This document shows, piece by piece, positions 1 through 9,604 of a DNA stretch of 64,000 nucleotides. The DNA comes from an uncultured Arcobacter sp. (lineage in GTDB: Bacteria; Campylobacterota; Campylobacteria; Campylobacterales; Arcobacteraceae). The stretch lies in assembly GCA_965140705.1 (NCBI GenBank), contig OZ223300.1, positions 832,001 through 896,000 on the forward strand, given 5' to 3'. Positions within the stretch are counted from its first letter, which is position 1. Every line of letters begins with the position of its first letter. The notes under the pieces were generated by a model. That model was given only the letters and a program-made list of their open reading frames with translations. It was not told the DNA's origin and did not search any database. The position numbers were made by a program, and so were the translations under genes.

Positions 1-1285
1 AGTTATTTATCTCTTCAGATTCTAATATTTCAAACTCTAAAAGATTAACATACTCTTTATTTTCTTCTAGGGTATCATATATTTTTTTAGTTGTTTTTGT
101 ATTTGTAATATCATCAAATGAGATATTAACTGCAACCCTTTTATTTTGCTCTTTTATTAAACTAATAGCTTCAAGAAGCATGATTTCTATAATATGTGAA
201 TATAGTTTTGCCTTTTTTGCTATATCTAAAAATTTAATTGGTGCAATTACTTCACCTTGTTCATTTATGTATCTAATAAGTGCTTCATATTTATATATCT
301 CTTGGGTTTGAGTATTTACAATTGGTTGATAAAATGCTACAAATAAGCCTTCTTTTAGACCTTTTTTTACTTCTTTTACCCATTTGATATTATCTTCAAA
401 AGATTCTTGAATATTAAAAGAGTTATCATAAACTAAGATTTGTTCAAATCTTTTTCTTGCATAATTAATAACTCTTTCTGTATATTTGTAAGCTAATTTA
501 TTGTCAGCACAAGCAATACCAATAGTAACATTTAAGTCAATTTCATTCTCGTCAATAAAAATAGCATTTTCTTCAATATGATTTGCAAATTTTTCACAAA
601 GAACTTCAAACTCCTTGATATCCATTGCATAATCTTTTGCTACAACTGCAAATTTATCAGACTCTATTCTGTAAACTCTATAATCATCAGAAGAGAAGAA
701 CTGTTTTATTATCATAGAGAATTGAATTAATAGTTTATTACCATTATCTTCTCCAAAAAGGTCATTGATAGTTGAAAATTTATCGATATTAATAAGAGCC
801 ATTAAATCTTGGGCAGTTAAATCCAAATCTTTTTTTAGTTTATTTCTGTTTGGTAGTCTTGTAAGTTTATCAACATATAAATCTTTTAATTCATGGTAAA
901 GTAACGATTGACTCATAACTTGTAAGAGTTTTTTCATATCAATTGGTTTTAATATATATTTATCAACTCCAATATCAATGGCTTCTAATAAATATTCAGT
1001 ATTTGAAAAAGCAGTTGCTACAATAATAGGAATATTTGGATTTATTTTTTTTATCTCTTTAATCATATCTAAACCATTCATTTGTGGCATATTTACATCT
1101 GTGATGATTAAATCGATCTCTTCTTCATGTTTTTTAAAAAGTTCTAAGCCCTCAAGTCCATTTTCTGCTACAAATTGTTTGTTTGTAAAACCTTTTAGTA
1201 TGTTTAGAGTTATGTCCCTTAAGGATTTTTCATCTTCTGCATATAAAATCGTAATATTTTTTAAAATTGAAATATTATTAATCAT
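1..1285 (-). CDS. Response-regulator receiver / degenerate GGDEF / EAL protein (partial, runs off the window start)
   Basis: Not in the ORF track; translated by hand from the ATG at 1285: MINNISILKNITILYAEDE...IDLIITDVNMPQMNGLDM...YILKPID (REC), DKLTRLPNR...YRIESDKF (degenerate GGDEF), FYQPIVN...YKYEALIR (EAL). Confidence 0.9.
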   Translation of the reverse strand, partial: MINNISILKNITILYAEDEKSLRDITLNILKGFTNKQFVAENGLEGLELFKKHEEEIDLIITDVNMPQMNGLDMIKEIKKINPNIPIIVATAFSNTEYLLEAIDIGVDKYILKPIDMKKLLQVMSQSLLYHELKDLYVDKLTRLPNRNKLKKDLDLTAQDLMALINIDKFSTINDLFGEDNGNKLLIQFSMIIKQFFSSDDYRVYRIESDKFAVVAKDYAMDIKEFEVLCEKFANHIEENAIFIDENEIDLNVTIGIACADNKLAYKYTERVINYARKRFEQILVYDNSFNIQESFEDNIKWVKEVKKGLKEGLFVAFYQPIVNTQTQEIYKYEALIRYINEQGEVIAPIKFLDIAKKAKLYSHIIEIMLLEAISLIKEQNKRVAVNISFDDITNTKTTKKIYDTLEENKEYVNLLEFEILESEEINN

Positions 1286-1382
1286 TAACCTAAACTCCAA
1301 AACTAATAAGATATAATATAGATTGTATTATAACTAAATAGTAACATAAATAAATTAAATAAAAAGAACTTTAGGAATATTA

Positions 1383-3821
1383 GTGTCAAAAGTAAAATGT
1401 AATCACTGTCATTTAGAATTCAGTGAAAGTATAATGATAAAAGAAGAAGAGTTAAATTTTTGTTGTAAAGGTTGTCAAGGGGTTTATCATCTCTTACATG
1501 ATCAAAATCTTGATTCATTTTATGATAAGTTAGGAAATAGAACTATTCAGCCTCCTTTAGAAGTAAGTAGTGATTTAAATAAATTTGATACACAAAGTTT
1601 TGAAAAAATCTATGTGACAGAAGATGAGAATGGTTATAAAAAAGTTGATTTAATTATTGAGGGAATTCATTGTGCAGCATGTATTTGGCTAAATGAAAAA
1701 GTTTTATATAATACAGATGGAATAATTGATGCAAATATTAATTTTACAAATAATAAAGCAAAAATTGTTTGGAATAGTGAAAAAATAGCTTTATCACAAA
1801 TAATAGAAAAGATTAGAAGTATAGGATATAACGCTTTTGCTTATAATTCTAAAGTAGCCGATGAAAAGGCATCTTTAGCAAAAAGAGATTATTTTATTAG
1901 AATGATGGTAGCTATTTTTGCGACAATGAATATTATGATGTTATCAGTTGGAAAATATACAGGTTTTTTTACTGGAATTACTCCTGAAGTTAAACATTTG
2001 ATGAATTTAGGTGAGTTTATATTAGCTACACCTGTTCTTTTTTATAGTGGATGGATTTTTTATAGAGGTGCTTATTATGGCTTAAAAAACCGAATTTTAA
2101 ATATGGATTTTTTAGTAAGTGTTGGAGCAACTTTTACATATATTTATTCTGTATTTATACTTTTGGGATTAAAGGGTGAGAGTTATTTTGATTCTGTTAG
2201 TATGATTATTACTTTTGTTTTAGTAGGAAAATATCTTGAAGTACTTGGTAAAAAATCTGCTGTTGATACCCTTGATACAATCAAAAGTCAAATACCTTTA
2301 GAAACTACACTTATAAAAGATGGTAAAAAAGTAGAAGTATCTGTAGAAGATGTACAAATTGGTGATATAGTAGAATTAAAAACTGGTGATAAAGCAAGTG
2401 TAGATGGAATAATTACTAAAGGTGAGAGCTCTTTTGATGAGTCATCAATTTCTGGTGAATCATTACCTATTTATAAAAAAGTCAATGATGTGATTTTTTC
2501 AGGAACATTAAATCAAGATTCACTTGTACAATATAGAGTTACAAAAACTTTTAAAGACTCGACTTTAAACTCTATTGTTACTTTATTAGAAGATTCACTT
2601 GCTTCAAAACCAAAAATAGAACACAAAGCAAATGAGATATCAAAAGGTTTTTCTTTATTGATTTTGACTTTGTCAATTCTTACTTTTTTTGTTTGGTATT
2701 ATTTTGGTATTGATTTAGGTTTTGATTATGATGGAGTTAATCATTTTGAAAAATCATTTATTGTAGCAATTTCAGTTATTGTAATAGCTTGTCCTTGTGC
2801 TCTAGCCCTTGCTACTCCAATTGCAAGTTTAATTGGAATATCAGAATTAGCAAAAAAAGGTTTACTTTTTAAAGAGGCAAAATTTATTGAAGAGTTAGCT
2901 CGAACTACAAAACTAGTAGTTGATAAAACAGGAACAATTACCAATGGTAAACTATCTATTGTAAAAGCACAAATTTTAGATGAAAATATTCATAAGTTAG
3001 ATTTATTATACTCTTTATTGGATAGTTCTACCCATCCAATTAGTATCTCAATAAAAGAGTATTTGAAAAATCACTATAAAGATTTGAATTTGAAGAATTT
3101 AATAAATGTTAAAACATTACAAGCAAAAGGAATGTTTGCAAAATATAAGAATTTGGAAGATAAAGAGTTTGAAATTCTTGGTGGAAACCAAAAACTTATG
3201 GAAGAGTTTGGTATAAAATATAAATTTGACTCACAAAACTCAGTATATATTTTTGCTATAAATAAAAAAGTAATCGCAACATTTGAATTAAAAGATGAAA
3301 TAAAAGATTTTGCAAAAGAGTTTGTAAGTAATTCTTTGAAAAATAATATTGATGTTATAATGTTAACAGGTGATAATGAAAATGTTGCAAATTATGTTGC
3401 AAAAGAAGTTGGAATTAAAACTGTTGTTGCAAATATAAATCCAATACAAAAAGCAAAATATATTAATAAGTTGAAAGAAGAAGGTCATACTGTTGTAATG
3501 GCCGGGGATGGAGTTAATGATTCAGTAGCTCTAAGTAGCGCAAATGTTTCAATTGCTATGGGAAATGGTGCTGATATTTCTATTGCTGTATCAGATATTG
3601 TTTTATTGAATAATTCATTGGAAAGTTTAAATCAAGCTTTTATTATCTCTAGAAAAACATATAAATTTATAAAACAAAATTTATCAATATCTTTGATATA
3701 TAATTTAGTTACAATTCCTCTAGCAATGGCAGGATTTGTAATACCACTAGTTGCTGCATTATCGATGAGTTTAAGTTCATTAATAGTTGTTGCAAATTCA
3801 CTTAGAATAAAAGGAAAATAG
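1383..3821 (+). CDS. ccoI: Heavy-metal P1B-type ATPase, CcoI/FixI type (cbb3 oxidase copper delivery)
   Basis: N-terminal CNHC...FCCKGC, HMA motif GIHCAAC, CPC, DKTGT and GDGVND motifs; directly followed by ccoS; GTG start after AGGA. Confidence 0.9.
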   Translation: MSKVKCNHCHLEFSESIMIKEEELNFCCKGCQGVYHLLHDQNLDSFYDKLGNRTIQPPLEVSSDLNKFDTQSFEKIYVTEDENGYKKVDLIIEGIHCAACIWLNEKVLYNTDGIIDANINFTNNKAKIVWNSEKIALSQIIEKIRSIGYNAFAYNSKVADEKASLAKRDYFIRMMVAIFATMNIMMLSVGKYTGFFTGITPEVKHLMNLGEFILATPVLFYSGWIFYRGAYYGLKNRILNMDFLVSVGATFTYIYSVFILLGLKGESYFDSVSMIITFVLVGKYLEVLGKKSAVDTLDTIKSQIPLETTLIKDGKKVEVSVEDVQIGDIVELKTGDKASVDGIITKGESSFDESSISGESLPIYKKVNDVIFSGTLNQDSLVQYRVTKTFKDSTLNSIVTLLEDSLASKPKIEHKANEISKGFSLLILTLSILTFFVWYYFGIDLGFDYDGVNHFEKSFIVAISVIVIACPCALALATPIASLIGISELAKKGLLFKEAKFIEELARTTKLVVDKTGTITNGKLSIVKAQILDENIHKLDLLYSLLDSSTHPISISIKEYLKNHYKDLNLKNLINVKTLQAKGMFAKYKNLEDKEFEILGGNQKLMEEFGIKYKFDSQNSVYIFAINKKVIATFELKDEIKDFAKEFVSNSLKNNIDVIMLTGDNENVANYVAKEVGIKTVVANINPIQKAKYINKLKEEGHTVVMAGDGVNDSVALSSANVSIAMGNGADISIAVSDIVLLNNSLESLNQAFIISRKTYKFIKQNLSISLIYNLVTIPLAMAGFVIPLVAALSMSLSSLIVVANSLRIKGK

Positions 3822-4049
3822 ATGATAGGAAGTACGCTTTTGATGATGTTAGTTGTTGGGTTAATTGTTTCATTCGCAATTTTAGGTATGTTTATTTGGG
3901 GTGCAAAAACTGGACAATTTGATGATAGTAATAAAATGATGGATGGGTTACTTTTTGATTCACAAGAAGACTTAAATGATGCAATTAGTAGGGAAAATAA
4001 AAAAGAAGAAGAAAAAGAAGAGCAAAAAAAAAGTAAGCCAAAAAATTGA
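3822..4049 (+). CDS. ccoS: cbb3-type cytochrome oxidase assembly protein CcoS
   Basis: Single TM helix then FIWGAKTGQFDD, the CcoS/FixS signature; adjacent to ccoI. Confidence 0.9.
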   Translation: MIGSTLLMMLVVGLIVSFAILGMFIWGAKTGQFDDSNKMMDGLLFDSQEDLNDAISRENKKEEEKEEQKKSKPKN

Positions 4050-4057
4050 CTTACTTT
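4024..4057 (-). terminator. Intrinsic terminator of the cytochrome c553 gene
   Basis: Minus strand AAAGTAAGTCAA-TTTT-TTGGCTTACTTT followed by a T-run, about 20 nt past the stop codon; overlaps the ccoS 3' end. Confidence 0.65.
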
Positions 4058-4076
4058 GAGAAGTTATAAGAAATGA

Positions 4077-4358
4077 TTATAATTTAGAAATTTTTTCAGC
4101 GATTTCTTTAATATCAGCATCAGAAAGTCTAGCAACTTGACCTTTCATAACACCTTTCATAGCACCACCATAAGTTCCAGCTTTATAACCTTTAAGAGCT
4201 TCCTCAACTTTTGCAGCTGGCCAACCTTTAACAATTTGAGATTTTCCTAAAGCAGATTTCTCAAAATTTGCACCATGGCATCCAGCACATGCAGTTGTAT
4301 TTGCAGCAGCAAAAAGTGATGCTGCAGCAATCACTGTTCCTAAAACTATTTTTTTCAT
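4077..4358 (-). CDS. Periplasmic monoheme cytochrome c553
   Basis: Signal peptide, CAGCH heme motif, YGGAMKGVMKGQV distal Met region typical of Campylobacterota c553. Confidence 0.92.
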   Translation of the reverse strand: MKKIVLGTVIAAASLFAAANTTACAGCHGANFEKSALGKSQIVKGWPAAKVEEALKGYKAGTYGGAMKGVMKGQVARLSDADIKEIAEKISKL

Positions 4359-4497
4359 TTGTTCTCCTTGAAATTTGAAGCTTAATTTTACCTATAATTT
4401 CTTTTTCTTAGCTTAGAAAAATGGATAAATAACTTATTATAAAGTCTATTTATTATATAGTTAATAAACAATTAATATTTCTAATGTTGGACATAAA

Positions 4498-5097
4498 ATG
4501 AGTAATAATAATCTTGTTCTTGAGATAAATGAGTTAAGTTTTGGTTATAAAAAGGACAAATTAATTTATAATAATTTTTCTTTAAACTTAAAAAAATCAG
4601 AAGTTAAATCGATAGTTGGAGCTAGTGGAAGTGGTAAAAGTACCCTTTTTGAATTAATTACAAAATCATTAAAGCCTTTAAAAGGTCAGATTACTTCATC
4701 TAAAATAGCTTCAATTTATCAAGATCCTTATAGTTCATTTCATCCTACATATTCAATACTTGAACAAATAAATGATGTAGTGCCTAATATAGATAAAGAT
4801 GAATTAAATTCTTTGTTGGAAGAATTAAGTTTAGATTATGAATTAATATTAAACAAACCACATAGATTAAGTGGTGGGCAACTTCAAAGATGTTCAATTC
4901 TTCGTGCACTTTTGATGAAACCAGAACTTTTGTTAGTTGATGAAGCAACTTCTGCTTTAGATAATATAATTGCCCTTGATGTTATGAAATTAGTATTGAA
5001 ATTTTTGCCTAATTATGGAATACTTCTAATAACTCATGATATGCATTTAGCATCTTGGTGTAGTGATGAAATAATAAAATTGGATACTTATGAATGA
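4498..5097 (+). CDS. ABC ATP-binding protein (short, no adjacent permease)
   Basis: Walker A GASGSGKS, QDPYSSF Q-loop, LSGGQ signature, LLVDE, ITHD. Confidence 0.88.
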   Translation: MSNNNLVLEINELSFGYKKDKLIYNNFSLNLKKSEVKSIVGASGSGKSTLFELITKSLKPLKGQITSSKIASIYQDPYSSFHPTYSILEQINDVVPNIDKDELNSLLEELSLDYELILNKPHRLSGGQLQRCSILRALLMKPELLLVDEATSALDNIIALDVMKLVLKFLPNYGILLITHDMHLASWCSDEIIKLDTYE

Positions 5098-6019
5098 AAA
5101 TAAAAAAGCCTTAGTTCTTTTAAATATGGGTGGACCAAGGGACAAAGATGAATTGGAGATGTTTTTACGAAATATGTTTAATGATAAAAATATCATTACT
5201 GTAAAAAGTGATATTTTAAGATCTTTAATAGCTTCAATGATTGTTTTAAGTAGAAAAAACTCTGCTTGGAAAAACTATGAAGCTATTGGTGGCTCTTCTC
5301 CTATTAATAAACTAACTGAAGATTTAGTTGCTAAATTAAATAGAACTTTTCAAGATTTCGAAGTATTTCAAGTGATGAGATACACTCCACCTTTTGCTGC
5401 TAAATGTGTACAACAATTAAAACAAAAAGGTATAGATGAAGTTATTCTTCTACCTTTATATCCACAATACTCAACGACAACTACAAAATCTTCTGTAGAA
5501 GATTTTATGACAATAGCAAAAAATGATTTTAATGTAAGAGTAATAGAGCCTTTTTATAAAAATGAAAAATTTAATGATAAAGTTACTAATGACATAATAA
5601 GTAGTGTTGAAGATACAAAGTTATACAATTTAATTTTTTCAGCACATGGCTTACCACAAAAAATAGTAGATGCTGGGGATCCATATGAAAAACAAGTAAA
5701 TGAGCATGTAAAAATTTTATCTGAAATATTTAAAAATAAAGAAATAGAATTTGAATCGATTTCTTTAGCATATCAATCTAAAGTTGGACCATTAAAATGG
5801 TTAACTCCATCTTTAGAAGATAGATTAAAAGAACTAAAAGGTAAAAATGTACTTATTTATCCAATTGCTTTTATAGTAGATAATTCTGAAACTATGTTTG
5901 AACTACATATTGAGTATGAAGAAATAGCAAAAGAGTTAGGAATAAATGAGTATAAAGTAGTTAGTTGTGTAAATGATAGTGATGAATTTATTAATGTAAT
6001 AGAAGAGTTGATACAATAA
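5090..6019 (+). CDS. hemH: Ferrochelatase
   Basis: LLNMGGP, IGGSSPI, MRYTPP, LPLYPQYS, FSAHGLP, GDPY, YQSKVGPLKWL, DNSET motifs. Confidence 0.95.
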   Translation: MNENKKALVLLNMGGPRDKDELEMFLRNMFNDKNIITVKSDILRSLIASMIVLSRKNSAWKNYEAIGGSSPINKLTEDLVAKLNRTFQDFEVFQVMRYTPPFAAKCVQQLKQKGIDEVILLPLYPQYSTTTTKSSVEDFMTIAKNDFNVRVIEPFYKNEKFNDKVTNDIISSVEDTKLYNLIFSAHGLPQKIVDAGDPYEKQVNEHVKILSEIFKNKEIEFESISLAYQSKVGPLKWLTPSLEDRLKELKGKNVLIYPIAFIVDNSETMFELHIEYEEIAKELGINEYKVVSCVNDSDEFINVIEELIQ

Positions 6020-6028
6020 GGGGTAATA

Positions 6029-6574
6029 ATGTCTAATTCCATAATCTTAGAAATAGCAAGGGATGCAATAGAAGAAGAACTTTTTGATAAGTCAAAAATT
6101 GATAGAGTTGATTTAGAAGCAAGTTATGATTTACTAAATGAACAAAGAGCCTGTTTTGTGACCCTTTATTCTGATGGAAGATTAAGGGGATGTATTGGTT
6201 CTTTATTTCCTACACGAAAACTAATAGATGATATAATAGTAAATGCACAAAATGCAGCTTTTAGAGACTTTAGATTTCAACCTTTATCAAAAAAAGAGTT
6301 TGATAATATAGAAATAGAAGTATCTCTTTTATCTATTCCTAAAATTGTAATTTATGATTCAATTGAAGAGTTAAAAGAAAAGATTAGACCAAATATTGAT
6401 GGTGTTATTTTAAAGCAAGAACAAAATCAAGCAACATTTTTACCCCAAGTTTGGGAAGATCTACCAACTTTTGATGATTTTTTTGAACAACTTAGTTTAA
6501 AAGCTGGATTAGATATTGATTCACTTACTCACTTCCCTGAAATTTTTACATATCAAGTAGAAAAGGTAAAATGA
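6029..6574 (+). CDS. amrA: AmmeMemoRadiSam system protein A (AMMECR1 domain)
   Basis: ACFVTL...LRGCIGS, AAFRDFRF, ATFLPQVWE, LSLKAG. Confidence 0.9.
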   Translation: MSNSIILEIARDAIEEELFDKSKIDRVDLEASYDLLNEQRACFVTLYSDGRLRGCIGSLFPTRKLIDDIIVNAQNAAFRDFRFQPLSKKEFDNIEIEVSLLSIPKIVIYDSIEELKEKIRPNIDGVILKQEQNQATFLPQVWEDLPTFDDFFEQLSLKAGLDIDSLTHFPEIFTYQVEKVK

Positions 6575-7368
6575 TAAAAAACAAAATGAATTTTTCTGGC
6601 ACATTTTATCCTGATGATAAAAAGGAGCTTTTAAAATATTTTGAAGTTTTTACTGCAAATGAAGAAAAAATCAAATTAGATATTAATTCAAGAGCAATTA
6701 TTGTGCCCCATGCAGGATATATTTATTCTGGTAGTGTTGCAAATGTAGCATATAATCTATCAAAAGATACAAAACCAAAAAGAGTAATAGTACTTGGTCC
6801 TTCCCATAGGTATTTTTTGCAAGGTGCCTCTATCGCTCAGTTTGACTCCTATGAAACACCTTTAGGTGATTTGGTTATTGATAAGGAGTTTGGCTCAAAG
6901 TTAATTGATAAATATGATTTTTTACATTTTGATGAAGACGCACATATGGAGCACTCAACTGAGACTCAAATACCTTTTATAAAAAACTATTTTGATGTAA
7001 AAGTTTTAGAAATAGTATATGGCAAAATAGATGCTAAAGAGTTGTCGCTATTGGTATTAGAACTTTTAAAAGATAAAGATAACTTTTTAATAATAAGTAC
7101 AGATTTAAGCCATTTTTATACTTTAGATGAAGCAAACATTTTAGATGGAATTTGTATAGATGCCATTAAAAATCAAGATATAGAAAAATTGACAAAGGAT
7201 TGTGAAACTTGTGGAAAAGAGGGCGTTAAAGCACTTTTACTAACAGCTAAAGTATTTGATTACAAAGTGAAATTTTTAGACTATAAAACAAGTTATGAAA
7301 TAACAAAGGACAAATCAAAAGTAGTAGGTTATGCTTCTTTTTTAGTAGGAGAGAGTATTGCTATTTAG
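6571..7368 (+). CDS. amrB: AmmeMemoRadiSam system protein B (MEMO1 family)
   Basis: GTFYP, IVPHAGYIYSG, LGPSH, EHSTETQIPF, ISTDLSHF, CG, VVGYAS. Confidence 0.92.
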   Translation: MIKNKMNFSGTFYPDDKKELLKYFEVFTANEEKIKLDINSRAIIVPHAGYIYSGSVANVAYNLSKDTKPKRVIVLGPSHRYFLQGASIAQFDSYETPLGDLVIDKEFGSKLIDKYDFLHFDEDAHMEHSTETQIPFIKNYFDVKVLEIVYGKIDAKELSLLVLELLKDKDNFLIISTDLSHFYTLDEANILDGICIDAIKNQDIEKLTKDCETCGKEGVKALLLTAKVFDYKVKFLDYKTSYEITKDKSKVVGYASFLVGESIAI

Positions 7369-8065
7369 TTTGAAGAAATTTGTTTCATTTTTTTTAGAGC
7401 CTTTTACTTTTGGATTTTTAGTTTTATTATTAGCTTTTATATTTTTACTTTTCAATAATTATAAAAAAGCAAAGGTGAGTCTCTTTTTAGGTTTAGCTTT
7501 TATATTTTTAATTTCCAATTCTGTGTTTTCTAATTTTTTAATATCACCTTTAGAAAATCAATATAAAGATCAAAAAAATATTGATATCTCAAAAGTAGGA
7601 TATATTTTATTATTAGGTGGAGATTTTGAATCAAGGGCTTATGAAGTATTAAAATTAAGTCTAAAATTAAAAGATGCCAAAATAATAACATCTGGTTATG
7701 CTGGTAAAAAATTGATATCTGATGCTTTATATGCAAAAAATGAGTTAATAAGTTTAGGGATAAATGAAAATAGAATTATTATGCAAGATAAACCTAAAGA
7801 CACTATTGAAGAGGCTATTTCAATAAAAAAACTTATAAATAATAAACCTTTTATTTTAGTAACTAGTGCTTATCATATGCCAAGAGCAATGAAGATATTT
7901 AAAATGCAAGGTTTAAACCCAATAGCAATGCCTACTAATTTTATGGCAAAAAAACAGAAATCAAATAGTTACTTGAGTATAAAGGACTTAAAAAAAGTTA
8001 GTATTGCTATTCATGAATACATTGGGCTTGCTTGGCTAAAGATAAAAGATATTTTAAGCAATTAA
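7358..8065 (+). CDS. YdcF/ElyC (DUF218) family membrane protein
   Basis: Two N-terminal TM helices, LLLGG, IITSGY, DTIEEA, LVTSAYHMPRA, HEYIG. Confidence 0.88.
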   Translation: MLFSLKKFVSFFLEPFTFGFLVLLLAFIFLLFNNYKKAKVSLFLGLAFIFLISNSVFSNFLISPLENQYKDQKNIDISKVGYILLLGGDFESRAYEVLKLSLKLKDAKIITSGYAGKKLISDALYAKNELISLGINENRIIMQDKPKDTIEEAISIKKLINNKPFILVTSAYHMPRAMKIFKMQGLNPIAMPTNFMAKKQKSNSYLSIKDLKKVSIAIHEYIGLAWLKIKDILSN

Positions 8066-8068
8066 TTT

Positions 8069-8077
8069 TGGTATAAT
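8069..8077 (+). promoter_or_regulatory. Extended -10 promoter (TGGTATAAT) for the CvfB gene
   Basis: TGnTATAAT about 25 nt upstream of the ATG at 8103. Confidence 0.6.
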
Positions 8078-8102
8078 AAATATAAATTAATAAAGAGACG
8101 GA

Positions 8103-8951
8103 ATGACTAAATTAAATGAAAAAATAGAACTTGGAGTAATGAATACTCTAAGAGTAAATAGATTAACAGAGCCTGGAATATATTTAGAAGCTTTAGATGA
8201 AGAAGTTGTACTATTACCAAATGCATATATAAGAAGTGATATGGAAATAGGATCATTAGTAGATGTGTTTATATATACAGATTCAGAAGATAGATTGGTT
8301 GCAACTACACTTAAACCATATGCAATGAAAAATGAGTATGCTTGTTTAGAAGTTGTAGATACTACTAGATTTGGTGCTTTTGTTGACATTGGACTTCCAA
8401 AAGATTTACTTGTACCTATAAATAGACAAACTTCAACTTATAGTGTTGGAGCTAGAAAAGTTTTAAGAGTAATTGAAGATGAAAAAACTCAAAGATTAAT
8501 TGCAACAGAAAAATTCACTAAATTTTTATCAAAAGATATAGTTGGCTTAGAAAAAAATGATGAGGTAATGATTCTTTTATATTCAAAAACACCATTAGGT
8601 TATAAAGTAATAGTAAATAATTTATATGAGGGAATGATTTTTCACACAGAGATTTTTGAAAATATTAATGTGGGTGATTTAAAAAAAGCCTATATAAAAA
8701 ATATAAGAGATGATGGTAAACTAGATTTATCTTTGCAAAAGATTGGTCAAAAAAAATCTGGAGATAATTCTCAAAGAGTTTTAGAAGTTTTAAATGAAAA
8801 TAATGGAAAAATAAACTTTACATATAAAAGTGAAGCAGAAGATATTATGAAAGTATTTGCTATGAGTAAAAAGGCTTTTAAAGCAGCACTTACAGAATTG
8901 ATATCAAAAGAAAAGATTAAATTAGAAGATAATTGTATAAGGATAAAATAA
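8103..8951 (+). CDS. CvfB family S1 RNA-binding protein
   Basis: VFIYTDSEDRLVAT, GAFVDIGLPKDLLVP, RDDGKLDLSL, MSKKAFKAAL winged-helix end. Confidence 0.9.
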   Translation: MTKLNEKIELGVMNTLRVNRLTEPGIYLEALDEEVVLLPNAYIRSDMEIGSLVDVFIYTDSEDRLVATTLKPYAMKNEYACLEVVDTTRFGAFVDIGLPKDLLVPINRQTSTYSVGARKVLRVIEDEKTQRLIATEKFTKFLSKDIVGLEKNDEVMILLYSKTPLGYKVIVNNLYEGMIFHTEIFENINVGDLKKAYIKNIRDDGKLDLSLQKIGQKKSGDNSQRVLEVLNENNGKINFTYKSEAEDIMKVFAMSKKAFKAALTELISKEKIKLEDNCIRIK

Positions 8952-9019
8952 AAATCTAATTAAGATAATTTTTATCCTATTTAAATATAATTACATCAAA
9001 AATTTAAAGAAGGATTAAT

Positions 9020-9544
9020 ATGGCAACAACTAAATTACAAGGTAATATAATAAACTTGTTAGGGAATGAAGTAAATGTTGGTGATAAAGCTCCAGTTGTA
9101 AATGTTGTTGGACAAGATTTAAAAGATATTGAAGTTGGAAATAAAGCACAAATTGTAATTATAGTTCCATCATTAGATACTCCTGTATGTGCAGCAGAAA
9201 CTAGAAAATTCAATGAAGAAGCAGTAAATTCAAATGCTGAAGCTGTAGTTGTATCTATGGATTTACCATTTGCAATGGGAAGATTTTGTACAACTGAGGG
9301 AATTGAAAACTTAAAAGTTGCATCAGATTTTAGAAATAAAGATTTAGCAAACTCTTATGGTGTATTAATAGGTGATGGTCCATTAGCTGGAATCACATGT
9401 AGAGCAGTTTTTGTAATTGATGCAAATGGAATAGTAAGATACAAAGAAATATGTGAAGATATAAGTGATGAACCAAATTATGAAGCAGCACTTAATGCAG
9501 TAAAAGAAGTTACAGAAACTTCTTGTTGTGGAACTTGTCATTAA
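9020..9544 (+). CDS. tpx: Thiol peroxidase Tpx
   Basis: VPSLDTPVCAAETRKFN, SMDLPFAMGRFC, RAVFVID, EPNYEAAL. Confidence 0.95.
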   Translation: MATTKLQGNIINLLGNEVNVGDKAPVVNVVGQDLKDIEVGNKAQIVIIVPSLDTPVCAAETRKFNEEAVNSNAEAVVVSMDLPFAMGRFCTTEGIENLKVASDFRNKDLANSYGVLIGDGPLAGITCRAVFVIDANGIVRYKEICEDISDEPNYEAALNAVKEVTETSCCGTCH

Positions 9545-9604
9545 TCAATGAATTAAGTTGAAAAATCTCATACAATCTCTTAATTAATTTTAGGAGATTG
9601 TATT

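Noticed and set aside
978..1316. 112-aa + strand ORF
   Set aside because: Antisense shadow of the REC-GGDEF-EAL gene on the minus strand.
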